Shown: positions 9,531-19,850, numbered from the stretch's first letter. The stretch: 64,000 nt of DNA from Patescibacteria group bacterium (GCA_028717685.1 JAQUNI010000001.1:633329-697328), one strand, 5' to 3'. Notes: generated by a model from the letters alone, not told the origin. Program-made: numbers and translations.

Positions 9531-9842
9531 ATGAAGCAGACAAAATTAATTTTTACAGGTTTTTTGGACGCGCTTGGTGTTGCTGCTTATGTGGTTGTGA
9601 TATCATTGATTCTGGGGCAGGGCGAAAAAATATTCGGCAAGATGGATAATTTTCTCGGGCCCGTGGCGCTTTTGCTGCTTCTCGTTTTATCCGCCGCGAT
9701 TACCGGAGCGCTCACGCTCGGCCGACCGATTATTCTTTATCTTCAAGGTCTGAAGAGAGAGGCGATCAAGCTTTTTCTCTATACTCTAGGCTGGCTTTTT
9801 TTAATGACCTTATTGGTTTTCACATTGCAAGTTTTAAAATAA
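9531..9842 (+). CDS. Small membrane protein, hypothetical
   Basis: Three predicted TM helices. No recognised domain. Confidence 0.4.
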   Translation: MKQTKLIFTGFLDALGVAAYVVVISLILGQGEKIFGKMDNFLGPVALLLLLVLSAAITGALTLGRPIILYLQGLKREAIKLFLYTLGWLFLMTLLVFTLQVLK

Positions 9843-9940
9843 AATTTATTTTAAGAAGTGGAAACCCCGCTAGCCTAGTCATCGCTACGCGAGATCTTTA
9901 GACTAGCGGCTCAGGTAATCCATTCTTAAAATATAAAAAA

Positions 9941-10693
9941 ATGTACATCGTCATTTTAGTCGTCCCTGTTATCATCGCTATGCTCTCCATCAAACAAATT
10001 AACCAATATCAGAAGGGGGTGAAGTTCACACTGGGGAAGTTTGCGGGTATTTTAAATCCGGGGTGGAGGATTGTAGTGCCGGTTTTTCAGAGTTGCCGCA
10101 AAGTGGATATGCGGATTAAAGCTGTGGATGTGCCTGACCAGGAAGCGATCACCAAAGACAACATCTCTGTAACGGTAAACGCGGTTATTTATTATAAAGT
10201 GCGCGACGCCCAGAAAGCGATTATTGAAGTAGAAGACTTTTTTTATGCTGTTTCCCAGCTTGCACAAACGACAATGCGCAACGTTGTAGGCGAAGTTAAT
10301 CTAGACGAGCTTTTATCCAATCGCGAGGCGATTGCGGAGAAGATCAGGGGGATTGTAGATAAGGCTACGGATGCCTGGGGGATTGAAGTGCAATCCGTAG
10401 AATTAAAGGACGTGACTTTGCCCGAACAGATGAAGAGAGTAATTGGCAAGCAGGCGGAAGCAGAAAGAGAAAGGCGCGCGGTGATTATCCAAGCTGAAGG
10501 AGAAGCGGCGGCGGCGACAAATTTGGCTAAGGCGGCGACAATTTTATCCGGAGCGAATGGCGCCTTGCATTTGCGGACATTGAACACTTTAAATGACTTA
10601 GGCGCGGATAAATCAAATACAGTGGTTTTTGCCATTCCAGTAGAAATTTTGCGGGCTTTGGAAAAAAGGGGGAGCGATTATCCAAATCAATAA
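9941..10693 (+). CDS. SPFH/band-7 (stomatin-like) protein
   Basis: N-terminal TM helix followed by an SPFH core (NISVTVNAVIYYKV...VQSVELKDVTLPEQMKRV...AEAERERRA). Confidence 0.85.
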   Translation: MYIVILVVPVIIAMLSIKQINQYQKGVKFTLGKFAGILNPGWRIVVPVFQSCRKVDMRIKAVDVPDQEAITKDNISVTVNAVIYYKVRDAQKAIIEVEDFFYAVSQLAQTTMRNVVGEVNLDELLSNREAIAEKIRGIVDKATDAWGIEVQSVELKDVTLPEQMKRVIGKQAEAERERRAVIIQAEGEAAAATNLAKAATILSGANGALHLRTLNTLNDLGADKSNTVVFAIPVEILRALEKRGSDYPNQ

Positions 10694-10719
10694 ATTACAT
10701 TTTTAACAAAAATAAAGAA

Positions 10720-11931
10720 ATGAAAATAGAAAGCAAAAAATTTCCGCAACAAGGTTTAGCGAAGCCATATGGAGTTCTTATTGTTTTTATAGTGATTTTA
10801 GGATTGGCGATTCTTGGCTATTTTATTTATAGGGGACCAGTCAAACCGGACGGGGTGATTTCAGAGAATGGTACGGGAGTAGTACCGGAGGGGAAAAATG
10901 GGCCCGCCGCGATTCCACAGAAGATTTTGGACAATAAATTTGGCTTTTTGTCCGCGGGATTTGACGATTATTTGTTTATGAATAGCGTGGGCGCAGGCTG
11001 GGTGAGGCCGCATCCGGGCGCGTTTCTGTGGGACGCCATGCAGAAAAACAAAAGTGCGGACTATAACTTTGCCAACACTGACCGCGCAGTGAAAAAATAC
11101 CAGGAGCATAATTTGGCGATTCTCGCTACGCTTTGGCCTTTCGCGGAATGGGATCAGAAAAGCAGGGACGGTTTTGACCTTTGCGCCGTGAGCGAGAATG
11201 ACGAGTTTTTACTGGATATAACCGGAAAAAGAGGCGAGGAATATATTGCCCAGCATAGATGCGCTCCTATGGATTGGACGGCTTATACGGCTTGGGTGAA
11301 AAATGTAGTAGAAAGATACGATGGCGACGGCAATGCTGATATGCCGGGACTCAAAATACCAATTAAATATTGGGAAGTAATGAATGAGCCGGATTTAGAC
11401 GGCAACGACAGATTGGATTTTTGGAAAGACAGCATAGCAGCATACGCGCAACTCTTAGTGCGCACAAGTGCGGCAATTAAAGAAGCGGATCCGGAAGCAA
11501 AAGTAGTAATTGCTGGAGCGGCAGGAGGGGACAAAAGATTTTTGGATTTTTACCGTTCAATTTTTAAGCAGAAGGAAGTGATAGAAATGTTTGATATTGC
11601 CAATATTCATTGCATTTCCAATGACACTTATGATTCCTTTAATGTTGAGCCATATAAAAAGATGCTAGCCGAATTCAAGATTAATAAACCGATTTGGGTG
11701 ACAGAGGCAGAGGCAATAGTATCAGCGGATATGGATGTCAATGCGACGCAGACTATGAAGAGCGCGGAGAAAGCGCTTTCGTTGGGGGCGGAGAGGATTT
11801 TTTTCACGCGTTACGATTTTGGGATACGCGGGGATTTGAATGATCGGCCGATGAAGAATATCCCTTTGATCAAGGCTGAAATTTTCGGCAAAGACCCAGA
11901 AGCAGCGTATAAGAAAATAATTAGTCAGTAG
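10720..11931 (+). CDS. Membrane-anchored glycoside hydrolase-like TIM-barrel protein (GH5-like)
   Basis: N-terminal TM helix. The YWEVMNEPD motif resembles the clan GH-A catalytic NEP acid/base motif. Confidence 0.5.
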   Translation: MKIESKKFPQQGLAKPYGVLIVFIVILGLAILGYFIYRGPVKPDGVISENGTGVVPEGKNGPAAIPQKILDNKFGFLSAGFDDYLFMNSVGAGWVRPHPGAFLWDAMQKNKSADYNFANTDRAVKKYQEHNLAILATLWPFAEWDQKSRDGFDLCAVSENDEFLLDITGKRGEEYIAQHRCAPMDWTAYTAWVKNVVERYDGDGNADMPGLKIPIKYWEVMNEPDLDGNDRLDFWKDSIAAYAQLLVRTSAAIKEADPEAKVVIAGAAGGDKRFLDFYRSIFKQKEVIEMFDIANIHCISNDTYDSFNVEPYKKMLAEFKINKPIWVTEAEAIVSADMDVNATQTMKSAEKALSLGAERIFFTRYDFGIRGDLNDRPMKNIPLIKAEIFGKDPEAAYKKIISQ

Positions 11932-11976
11932 ATAATTTACAAAATAAATTGATTTTATCAGTATCAACTAAATTTT

Positions 11977-12534
11977 ATGAAAAAATCACACGAAAATTTA
12001 TTAAAAGCAATCGCTGGCGAATCGATGGCACGGAATAAATACACCTATTACGCGGAAATCGCAATGAAAGAGGGGTTAGTTTGGATCGCGCGCGTTTTTG
12101 AGGAAACGGCTGACAATGAAAGAGCGCACGCGCAAGAGGAATTAGAAAAATTGCATGAAAAGACAGAGATGACAAATACTTACGATATTCATCCACTGGG
12201 GACGACTTTGGAAAATTTGCGTAATGCGGCAGCGGGGGAAACCTACGAATTTGGCACGATGTATCCTGATTTTGAGAAAGTCGCGCGCGAGGAAGATGAA
12301 GAAGGGATAGCGACTTTGTTTAAAGAAATCGCGGAGGTGGAAGAGAAGCATGCCGAGCGCTATAACATTTTAGCCGAGCGCCTAGAAAAAGGATTGCTTT
12401 TCAAAAGTGATGCCGAGATTGAATGGAAATGTTTAAATTGCGGGTATATCCACAAAGGAATATCGGCGCCTGAAAAATGCCCGCTTTGCCAAAAACCGCA
12501 AGGCTATTATATGGCTTTGGGCGCGGTTAGATAA
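11977..12534 (+). CDS. rbr: Rubrerythrin
   Basis: Ferritin-like diiron domain (EE...ERAH, E..H) plus a C-terminal rubredoxin-like CLNCG...CPLC. Confidence 0.85.
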   Translation: MKKSHENLLKAIAGESMARNKYTYYAEIAMKEGLVWIARVFEETADNERAHAQEELEKLHEKTEMTNTYDIHPLGTTLENLRNAAAGETYEFGTMYPDFEKVAREEDEEGIATLFKEIAEVEEKHAERYNILAERLEKGLLFKSDAEIEWKCLNCGYIHKGISAPEKCPLCQKPQGYYMALGAVR

Positions 12535-12607
12535 AATATGTTTTTTTGGATCTATTTAACAGGATTGTCGGCTGGCTTGATATCCGACATTCTATTGGTG
12601 CAAGATC

Positions 12608-13102
12608 ATGAAAGATTACAAAAGCTTATTTGGCAAGTATAGAACAGTTGTCGACCTCTCTGTCCATACTATTTTATCTTTTGGAATTTCAATCTGGCTA
12701 ATAGTTTTCCAGTTTCCCCTCGTTTATTTTGCTGCTTGTTTTTTAGCCGGATTATTATTAGATATGGATCATTTTTTGAACAGAACTATTGCTAGATTGT
12801 TAAGAGTAAAGAGCCACGAAGACAGCTTAATGTATGGATCTGGCGGTTGCGTAATTAAAATAGCGCACGGTTTTGACATTAGTTTTTTGTTTGGACTGTT
12901 ATATTTTTTAATAACGTCCGACCTTGTTTTTTCATTATTGATTTTTATGAGTTTGTGCGCGCATGAGTTTTGGGATTTCGTCGTTTATCCTCATACATGG
13001 AAAGAATTATTTTTGTTCACCAGGATTAGAAAGGGTTTTTATCCTGGGCAGAGAAAGAAATTTGTTGGAAGAATATTTGATTATAAGACATTAAAATTTT
13101 AA
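12608..13102 (+). CDS. Hypothetical membrane protein
   Basis: Multiple TM helices. An upstream out-of-frame 35-codon ORF encoding one TM helix raises the possibility of a frameshift. Confidence 0.4.
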   Translation: MKDYKSLFGKYRTVVDLSVHTILSFGISIWLIVFQFPLVYFAACFLAGLLLDMDHFLNRTIARLLRVKSHEDSLMYGSGGCVIKIAHGFDISFLFGLLYFLITSDLVFSLLIFMSLCAHEFWDFVVYPHTWKELFLFTRIRKGFYPGQRKKFVGRIFDYKTLKF

Positions 13103-13148
13103 GCTAACATAAAGGAAATAAAGCTATTTAAAAAAATAAATAAAAACC

Positions 13149-13634
13149 ATGGCTAAACCCACTACCTATGCCACGCCGATTTGCCTCGGCTTAACAGCGC
13201 TTTTGATCATTGGCGCCATAATCGGTGTTTGGAAAATGAGCCCTCTTATAATTATTCTGTTTTTATTACCAGCGGTTGCCTACGAGGTTTACCGCACTGA
13301 AGGGAGGTCCACGAAGTTGGCTTCTTGGGTAATGCTTTTGATTTTGTTAGCGGAGATTATTGCCGTTTCCTTCAAGATTAATTTTAATCTGGCGAAGTTT
13401 TTTGGAGAGGAAGGAGGATATGTTGGCGGTTATTATGTTCCTTTCGGTGATTTGAGGGTTATTTTTCCGGCCATTGTCGCTGTCCTATCTATTATCCTCT
13501 TTGTGAGGACTTACGGCGTTTACACCAAGTGGCTGGCAGTTTTAATTTTTATCGGCGCTTTTGTAATCATTTATGTCTTGGATCCAGCAGTACTAAAGAT
13601 GCTTTTAATAGATAACATACGGAAAGTTTTTTAA
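13149..13634 (+). CDS. Hypothetical membrane protein
   Basis: Four to five predicted TM helices. Confidence 0.45.
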   Translation: MAKPTTYATPICLGLTALLIIGAIIGVWKMSPLIIILFLLPAVAYEVYRTEGRSTKLASWVMLLILLAEIIAVSFKINFNLAKFFGEEGGYVGGYYVPFGDLRVIFPAIVAVLSIILFVRTYGVYTKWLAVLIFIGAFVIIYVLDPAVLKMLLIDNIRKVF

Positions 13635-13693
13635 TAGCGCATCACATAAAAAAGCCTAGCAGAATTGTCTTTATTTTAATAAATTTAAAAACT

Positions 13694-14119
13694 ATGAGGA
13701 CAAAAATTCTTCTTGCCCTTACCCTGATTTTTTTCCTGGGTGGGGTAAGCGCGGCAATGGCGAAAGCCACAGCCGCGGCGCAAAATTCTGGCAAGGTTAA
13801 TACTGCCTGCATCCAGAGCGCGGCGGAAAAGAGAGAAAGCGCGATTATTGCTGCCTATGCTAAAAAGACGGATGCGATTAAAGCCGCTTTAGAGACGAGG
13901 AAAGCGGCTCTGAAGGAGGCTTGGGGAAAAGCCACAGTGCGGGAGAGAGTGCAAGCGCGAGCGCAGGCATGGAAGACCTTTAAGGCGGCGGAAGTGAAAG
14001 CGCGGCTTACTTATAATCGGGAATTAAAAGCGGCGTGGGCTACTTTTAATAAGGAGCGGAAGGCCTGCAAGATTACGGAAACTAATGATGAAAATGGCGC
14101 CACGGATACGGGGTTGTAA
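13694..14119 (+). CDS. Secreted alpha-helical protein, hypothetical
   Basis: Signal peptide followed by a K/A/E-rich repetitive helical sequence. Confidence 0.45.
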   Translation: MRTKILLALTLIFFLGGVSAAMAKATAAAQNSGKVNTACIQSAAEKRESAIIAAYAKKTDAIKAALETRKAALKEAWGKATVRERVQARAQAWKTFKAAEVKARLTYNRELKAAWATFNKERKACKITETNDENGATDTGL

Positions 14120-14144
14120 AATATTATCAGTTCACCAACGCGCA

Positions 14145-14178
14145 AAGGCGAGGTTTTTTCAAACCTCGCCTTTTTTGT
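14145..14178 (+). terminator. Rho-independent terminator
   Basis: AAGGCGAGGTTTTTTCAAACCTCGCCTT followed by a T-run. Confidence 0.7.
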
Positions 14179-14237
14179 TCTTTTTGCTTATGATAAGAAT
14201 ATTAGTTGTTAATCCTTTATAACTGAAGTCCATTTTT

Positions 14238-15908
14238 ATGCGATTTTTAAGCCGTCTTTCGCGCAAAGAGCAATATATCAGTTTGGGGGTAGTTTTTGTT
14301 TTGACCACGATTTCCATTTTTGCCTTTAATCCATATGAATATGGCTTATCAGACCACGCGATTACTATTCCTTTTTTGAAATCGATAGCAAATCCCAGCC
14401 TATACCCTAATGATTATTTAGTAGCAGAAAAGTCTTATTATTATAGTTACTTCTGGCAAGCTTTGGGTTTTATCGGCCGTTACTTCCCGCTTAATATCCC
14501 CCTTTTATTTTTTGTTCTTTATTATGTTTCCCTGTTTTTCTTTTTCTGGGGGATTTACTTAATTGCCAAACTCATTTTTCAAAAACAGGAGGTGGCGTAT
14601 CTATCTCTCTTTTTCCTTTTGTTTTTCAAGCCGACCTTAGGCGGAATGTCCACCTTTGACCGCGCTTTTTTGACGCGGGTGGCGGTTCTACCCATTCTGG
14701 TTTTTGCTTTTTATTTTTTTCTCAAAAAGAAGTTTTTGTGGTCTTTTGTTTTGCAGGGATTGGGTTTTCTGATGCACCCTTTAAGCGCGGCGCATATGAT
14801 TGCTATTCTATTTTTAGCGTCAATCATTTGGATACGGGAGATGGGCTGGAAAAGATTATTGGTTTATTTAATTATTTTGGCAAGCATGGCAAGTCCAATT
14901 TTTATTTGGAAGATTATTTCCTCGCCTCCTTCCGTGAGCCTTTTGCACGCGAACGCAGATTGGTTAGAACTGCTTCGCTTGCGGTCCGCTGATGAAATTT
15001 TCCCCTTTTCTTGGTCTCGGGTAGTTTTTTTGGAGGCGGGATTAGTCTTTTTAGCTTTTTTAGCAAGTTGGAAATACAAGCCGCAAGCCCAATACCATCG
15101 GATCATCATTGGCGCCGCCTTTTTAATAATTGGTTTTTGCATTTTGGGCACAATCTTTTCGGAAATTTATTCCTTCCCTCTGGCGCTGAATTTACAGCTC
15201 TTCCGCAGTTTTCAGTGGTTAGTTTATTTAGCTTTCATCTATTTTGCCAATTATGTTTTTCAGGAACTTCGAAGCGGCAGGGGATTATGTAAATTATCAG
15301 CAGTTCTTCTCGCTCTCGGCATTTTTTATGGAGCAAGCAACTGGGTTTATGGTTACGCGGCTTTTTTGATTTTAGCGTTGCTCTTGGTTTTAAAAAAGAG
15401 AGGAACAGATTCTAAATTACCGCGCTATTTTGTCCACGCTCTTTTGGCTGTGGTTCTAATTTTAGGCAGTATTTTTTACTTTCAGGGAGAAAGATTTTCT
15501 TGGGGTAATCATCAAGAGAAATTTTGGCTGGATGTGGCGAAAAAAGCGAAGGCAGAGACAGGACAAAGGGATGTGTTCATTGTGCCGCCTCATTTAGAGG
15601 GTTTTCGTATTGAATCGGAGAGAACAATCTACGGCGACTGGAAAGACGGGACTTTGACTTTTTACAATCCGGCTTTTGGCAAGGAGTGGCTTATGAGGAT
15701 GCAAAGACTGGGTTATCAGAGGGATGTTCCTTTGAAAGAGAGTTTTTTTGTTCTTTCGGAAGCAGATTTTCGCGCCATCGCGAAAGAAACGCGGCAAAGA
15801 GCGGGGGAGAAATCTCGGGTTTTTCTGGTAACTTTCCGCAATGGGAAACAACTTAATTTTCCCTTGGCTTATGGGAATGAGAAGTTTTTGGTTTATGAAA
15901 TTAAGTAG
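14238..15908 (+). CDS. Large polytopic membrane protein with C-terminal soluble domain (possibly GT-C-like)
   Basis: More than 10 TM helices then a roughly 150 aa hydrophilic domain. The architecture parallels CDS 1049-2914. Confidence 0.5.
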   Translation: MRFLSRLSRKEQYISLGVVFVLTTISIFAFNPYEYGLSDHAITIPFLKSIANPSLYPNDYLVAEKSYYYSYFWQALGFIGRYFPLNIPLLFFVLYYVSLFFFFWGIYLIAKLIFQKQEVAYLSLFFLLFFKPTLGGMSTFDRAFLTRVAVLPILVFAFYFFLKKKFLWSFVLQGLGFLMHPLSAAHMIAILFLASIIWIREMGWKRLLVYLIILASMASPIFIWKIISSPPSVSLLHANADWLELLRLRSADEIFPFSWSRVVFLEAGLVFLAFLASWKYKPQAQYHRIIIGAAFLIIGFCILGTIFSEIYSFPLALNLQLFRSFQWLVYLAFIYFANYVFQELRSGRGLCKLSAVLLALGIFYGASNWVYGYAAFLILALLLVLKKRGTDSKLPRYFVHALLAVVLILGSIFYFQGERFSWGNHQEKFWLDVAKKAKAETGQRDVFIVPPHLEGFRIESERTIYGDWKDGTLTFYNPAFGKEWLMRMQRLGYQRDVPLKESFFVLSEADFRAIAKETRQRAGEKSRVFLVTFRNGKQLNFPLAYGNEKFLVYEIK

Positions 15909-16173
15909 AATATAAAGAATAAAGCATTTTTTATTTATTTAAGAAATCCGTAAAACAAGAAACAAAAAATAAGAAATGAGCAAGAAACAAAAAATACCAA
16001 ATAATAAATATTGAAAGGCGAAAGTATAGCACAGCGAATACCGTAGTCTAAATTTCAGGGCATTGTTTCATAAATTATTAATTAATCTTTATCTTACAAT
16101 TCAGATAGACTATAATTTAAAGACTAATGCTCTAAATTCTACATTCTACATTCCAAATTCTAAATTTTAACCT

Positions 16174-17964
16174 ATGAATGAGGTTGAAGAAATTAAAAAT
16201 CGGCTTAATGTTGCCGATGTAATCGCGGACTATATCCAATTGACGCCGGTCGGCGCCAATTTCAAAGCCCGTTGTCCTTTTCACAGCGAGAAAACGCCAT
16301 CTTTTTATGTTTCGCCGGAAAAGCAGATTTGGCATTGTTTCGGGTGTGAAGCGGGCGGTGACATTTTTACTTTTGTCCAAAAAATGGAGGGGCTTGAATT
16401 TCGGGAGGCGCTCAAGATTTTGGCCGATAAGGCGGGCGTAAAGTTGGAAGCGCGCGATCCGAATTTGGAAACAGAACGCGATAGACTGGTTAGCCTTTGC
16501 GAGTGGGCGGCGCGCTTTTTTCACCAGGCTCTTTTGCGTTCCCGTGAGGGGAAGATCGCCAGGGATTATCTGGTTTCGCGCAAGGTTGGAGAAAAAATGA
16601 TCCAGAAATTTCTGCTTGGCTATTCTCCTTTTTCCTGGAATCTCACTATGGATTTTCTGCGCAAGAAAGGGTTTTCCGCGGCGGAGATTTTCGCCGCAGG
16701 GCTTGCGAGCCAAAAAACCCCGGGCAGATTTTATGATCGTTTTCGGGGACGACTGACATTCCCTTTGCGCAACATCCACGGTCAGACAGTTGGTTTTGGC
16801 GCACGGGTTTTAAATGAAGAGAGGGATCATTTGGGCAAGTATATTAATTCTCCTCAAAGCCTGATTTATGATAAAAGCGGCTTGCTTTACGCCTTGGATC
16901 AAGCGAAACAGATGATTAAAAAAGAAAATCTCTGCATCGCAGTGGAAGGATATTTGGATGTGATCTCCTCCCATCAGGCAGGGGTCACCAACGTGGTGGG
17001 CGTTTCGGGTACTGCTCTTACTTCCGCTCAACTTGCTTTAATGAAAAGGTATACCCATAATCTTGCGCTTTGCTTTGACGCGGACATGGCTGGAGTCGGA
17101 GCCGCCAAGCGCGGCATTGAAAACGCAATCGCGGCTGGCTTAGCTGTCCGCGTCATTATTTTACCTAAAGACGAGGATCCCGATTCTTTGATCAGGAAAA
17201 ATCCAGAGCTTTGGCGTGAAGCCACCAAGCGAGCAGTCGGAATTATGGAATTCTATTTTGATCTAGCTTTAAAGCGTTACAACCCAGAGGATCTTGCGGG
17301 AAAGAAAATGATTGCCGCTGAAGTTTTACCAACAGTTAAAAAAATACCAGACCAGATTGAACAAGCCTATTATTTACAAAAGTTGTCATCTCTCATTAAC
17401 ATTCGCGAGGAATCTTTGCGCGAGGCAATGGCTAGAATAGATTTAACTTTTCAATATTCTCAAAATCCTGATCGCAATACTGTCGCACCGCCAGCGGATT
17501 TTAGCCCTGCGCCCGCGGATATCGTAGGCCGCCGTCTTTTAGGTCTCGGCTTAAAATACCCCCGTTTTTTAGGGGAAATTTTAGAGGAATCCAAACCCTC
17601 TATTTTATCCTCCGAATGGCAGGATATTTACAAAGTCTTAAGCGAATATTATAATAAGAGAAGGAGCTTTGATTTTATTCATTTTAAGCGAAAAATTCAG
17701 ACTTCCCATCCGCAGTATGTCACGCGTTTAGAAGTGGCTATTTTAGATGTGGAAAAAGATTTAGAAGAAAATGACCAAAAGGAGGACATTATCGCTTTAG
17801 AGGTGCAACAGGCTTTAAAAAGGCTTAAGGAGCAGTATTATAGACAAAAATTAGAAGCGATTGAACTTCAAATGCAGAGAGCGGAAAATATCAAAGATAG
17901 AATTCTCTTACAGAGTTTGACTAAACAACTTCAATCTTTCACCCAAAAATTGGGGAAATTATAG
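16174..17964 (+). CDS. dnaG: DNA primase
   Basis: CHC2 zinc finger (CPFHSEKTPSFYV...WHCFGC) and a Toprim domain (EGYLDVIS...). Confidence 0.9.
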   Translation: MNEVEEIKNRLNVADVIADYIQLTPVGANFKARCPFHSEKTPSFYVSPEKQIWHCFGCEAGGDIFTFVQKMEGLEFREALKILADKAGVKLEARDPNLETERDRLVSLCEWAARFFHQALLRSREGKIARDYLVSRKVGEKMIQKFLLGYSPFSWNLTMDFLRKKGFSAAEIFAAGLASQKTPGRFYDRFRGRLTFPLRNIHGQTVGFGARVLNEERDHLGKYINSPQSLIYDKSGLLYALDQAKQMIKKENLCIAVEGYLDVISSHQAGVTNVVGVSGTALTSAQLALMKRYTHNLALCFDADMAGVGAAKRGIENAIAAGLAVRVIILPKDEDPDSLIRKNPELWREATKRAVGIMEFYFDLALKRYNPEDLAGKKMIAAEVLPTVKKIPDQIEQAYYLQKLSSLINIREESLREAMARIDLTFQYSQNPDRNTVAPPADFSPAPADIVGRRLLGLGLKYPRFLGEILEESKPSILSSEWQDIYKVLSEYYNKRRSFDFIHFKRKIQTSHPQYVTRLEVAILDVEKDLEENDQKEDIIALEVQQALKRLKEQYYRQKLEAIELQMQRAENIKDRILLQSLTKQLQSFTQKLGKL

Positions 17965-17983
17965 GTATAAATTTTTAAACTTT

Positions 17984-18027
17984 CATTCCTGCCTGCCTAT
18001 CGGCAGATAGGTCTGCCAGCAGGCATG
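17984..18027. repeat. CCTGCCTGC nested hairpin (family D copy 1) between dnaG and rpoD
   Basis: CATTCCTGCCTGCC-TATCGGCAGATAGG-TCTGCCAGCAGGCATG with an inner palindrome CTATCGGCAGATAG. Confidence 0.5.
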
Positions 18028-18050
18028 ATTTAACTTTTAATTTAACCTTC

Positions 18051-19391
18051 GTGCCTCGTCGTAAAAAAACAACAGTGAGGCGCAAATCGCGCCGCAAGAA
18101 ATCTTACAAGCGGAGTCCGCAGCCCAAAAAAATGGGAATAAAGAAGAGGAAAAAAAATAAGCCTAAAACTAAAAGAACGGCTTGGCAGAGAGCTCGCCCC
18201 GCAAGGAAGAGAAAACCTCTTTATTTTTCGCGCGCGAAAAAAAGCGCCGCTAGGCGCAAAAAGACCCGTCGTCCAGTCAGGCGGACGAGGCGGAAAAGCG
18301 CGGTTTCGCAAACGAAATTAGATTATCTTTTTCATAAAGGCAAAGAGCAGGGTTTTATCACGGTGAACGAGATTTTAGCAGCAATTCCTGAGATTGAAGA
18401 TTACGAAGAAGCTCTAGACGATTTTTTATCTAAATTAGAAGAAGAGGGAGTGAGTATAGAAGAAACCAAAGGGGATTTAATTGAGAAGGCAGAAGAGAGC
18501 GGGGAGGAAGAAGGGGAGAAGTCTCCGAAAGAAATAGGATTTTGGGAGGGTCTGGATCTTGGCGATATCTCTTCAGATTCGGTTCAGATGTATTTGCGGG
18601 AGATCGGCAAAGTACCCCTTCTGACTTCTCAAGAAGAGGTTGATTTATCCAAGCGCAAAGAAAAAGATGACCAGGAAGCGAAGAATAAGCTTATTGAAGC
18701 TAATTTGCGCCTCGTTGTTTCTATAGCTAAAAAATACACCGGACGTTCTCTTTCTCTTTTAGATTTAATTCAAGAAGGCAACATTGGTCTTTTCCGGGCG
18801 GTAGAAAAATTTGATTACCGCAGGGGCTATAAATTTTCCACTTATGCCACTTGGTGGGTTCGTCAGGCAATCACGCGGGCGCTCGCCGACCAATCGCGCA
18901 CGATTCGGATTCCCGTGCATATGGTGGAAACGATTAATAAATTCACCCAGACGGAAAGACGTTTAGTGCAGGATTTGGGACGAGAGCCGATGCCTGAGGA
19001 AATCGCGGCGGAAATGGGCATTCCCTTGGAAAAAGTGCGGCAGATTTTAAAGGTGTCGCAGGAAACTGTTTCTTTGGAAACGACCGTGGGTGAAGATGAC
19101 GAAGATTCAACCCTTGGCGATTTTATTGAAGATGAAAAGACGCCTACCCCGGACCGCTTGGCGGGTCAGGAACTCTTAAGAAACCATATTAAGGACGTAA
19201 TTCGGGATTTAAACCCCAGGGAGCAGAGGATTTTAAATATGCGTTTTGGTTTAAGCGATGGCATCTCTCATACCTTGGAAGAGGTGGGGCAGGAGTTCGG
19301 CGTCACCCGTGAGCGGATCCGCCAAATTGAAGCGAAAGCTTTGGAAAAGATTCGGGATCATACGTTGATTAAGAAGTTGAAGGATTATTAG
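18051..19391 (+). CDS. rpoD: RNA polymerase sigma-70 factor RpoD with K/R-rich N-terminal extension
   Basis: Region 1.2 ([11 protein letters not shown]), region 2 ([16 protein letters not shown]...LIQEGNIGL...[13 protein letters not shown]), region 3 and region 4 ([12 protein letters not shown]). GTG start. Confidence 0.9.
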   Translation: MPRRKKTTVRRKSRRKKSYKRSPQPKKMGIKKRKKNKPKTKRTAWQRARPARKRKPLYFSRAKKSAARRKKTRRPVRRTRRKSAVSQTKLDYLFHKGKEQGFITVNEILAAIPEIEDYEEALDDFLSKLEEEGVSIEETKGDLIEKAEESGEEEGEKSPKEIGFWEGLDLGDISSDSVQMYLREIGKVPLLTSQEEVDLSKRKEKDDQEAKNKLIEANLRLVVSIAKKYTGRSLSLLDLIQEGNIGLFRAVEKFDYRRGYKFSTYATWWVRQAITRALADQSRTIRIPVHMVETINKFTQTERRLVQDLGREPMPEEIAAEMGIPLEKVRQILKVSQETVSLETTVGEDDEDSTLGDFIEDEKTPTPDRLAGQELLRNHIKDVIRDLNPREQRILNMRFGLSDGISHTLEEVGQEFGVTRERIRQIEAKALEKIRDHTLIKKLKDY

Positions 19392-19397
19392 AGTAGC

Positions 19398-19428
19398 AAT
19401 CGGTAATCAGTAACTGGTAATCGGTAAT
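19398..19428. repeat. Left arm of inverted repeat flanking the four-helix-bundle gene
   Basis: AATCGGTAATCAGTAACTGGTAATCGGTAAT. Its reverse complement recurs at 19817-19850 (GTAATCAGTAA...TCGGTAAT shared). Confidence 0.6.
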
Positions 19429-19809
19429 ATGAATATTATAGATAAAAAGATCGTCAAATTTTATGATCTGGAGGCTTGGCAGAAGGCTTATGAATTGGTC
19501 TTGGAAATTTATAAGATTACAAAGTTATTTCCCAAGGAAGAATTGTTTGGGATGACAAGCCAATTAAGAAGAGCGGCGGCTTCAATAGTAGCTAATATCG
19601 CAGAAGGTTTTGCGAGATACCATTATAAAGATAAGGTAAAGTTTTATTACCAAGCACGCGGTTCGGTTGCCGAGGTTCAAACCTTTTTGTTATTAGCCAA
19701 AGATTTAAAATATATTGATTTAAAAATTTGTAAATATTTAGGGGAAAAGTGCAATGAGGTAGGAAAGCTGATTAATGGTTTGATTCGTTCCATTGAGAAA
19801 CAAAAATAG
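19429..19809 (+). CDS. Four-helix-bundle protein (23S rRNA intervening-sequence protein family)
   Basis: The sequence features EAWQKAYELVLEIYKITKLFPKEELFGMTSQLRRAAASIVANIAEGFAR...ARGSVAEVQTFLLLAKDL are diagnostic of the PF05635 family. Confidence 0.75.
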   Translation: MNIIDKKIVKFYDLEAWQKAYELVLEIYKITKLFPKEELFGMTSQLRRAAASIVANIAEGFARYHYKDKVKFYYQARGSVAEVQTFLLLAKDLKYIDLKICKYLGEKCNEVGKLINGLIRSIEKQK

Positions 19810-19816
19810 TTTATGA

Positions 19817-19850
19817 ATTACTAATTACTAATTACCGATTACTGATTACG
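19817..19850. repeat. Right arm of inverted repeat flanking the four-helix-bundle gene
   Basis: ATTACTAATTACTAATTACCGATTACTGATTACG is the imperfect reverse complement of 19398-19428. Confidence 0.6.

Noticed and set aside
15909-16173. Low-complexity AAGAAACAAAAAATA and TTCTACATTC repeats upstream of dnaG
   Set aside because: They are short AT-rich tandem duplications typical of spacer DNA in AT-rich genomes. They have no structure or coding potential beyond a possible promoter.
16132-16779. 215-aa minus-strand ORF
   Set aside because: It lies entirely antisense to the dnaG coding region. Its composition is basic and low-complexity, as expected for a shadow ORF of a well-supported gene.
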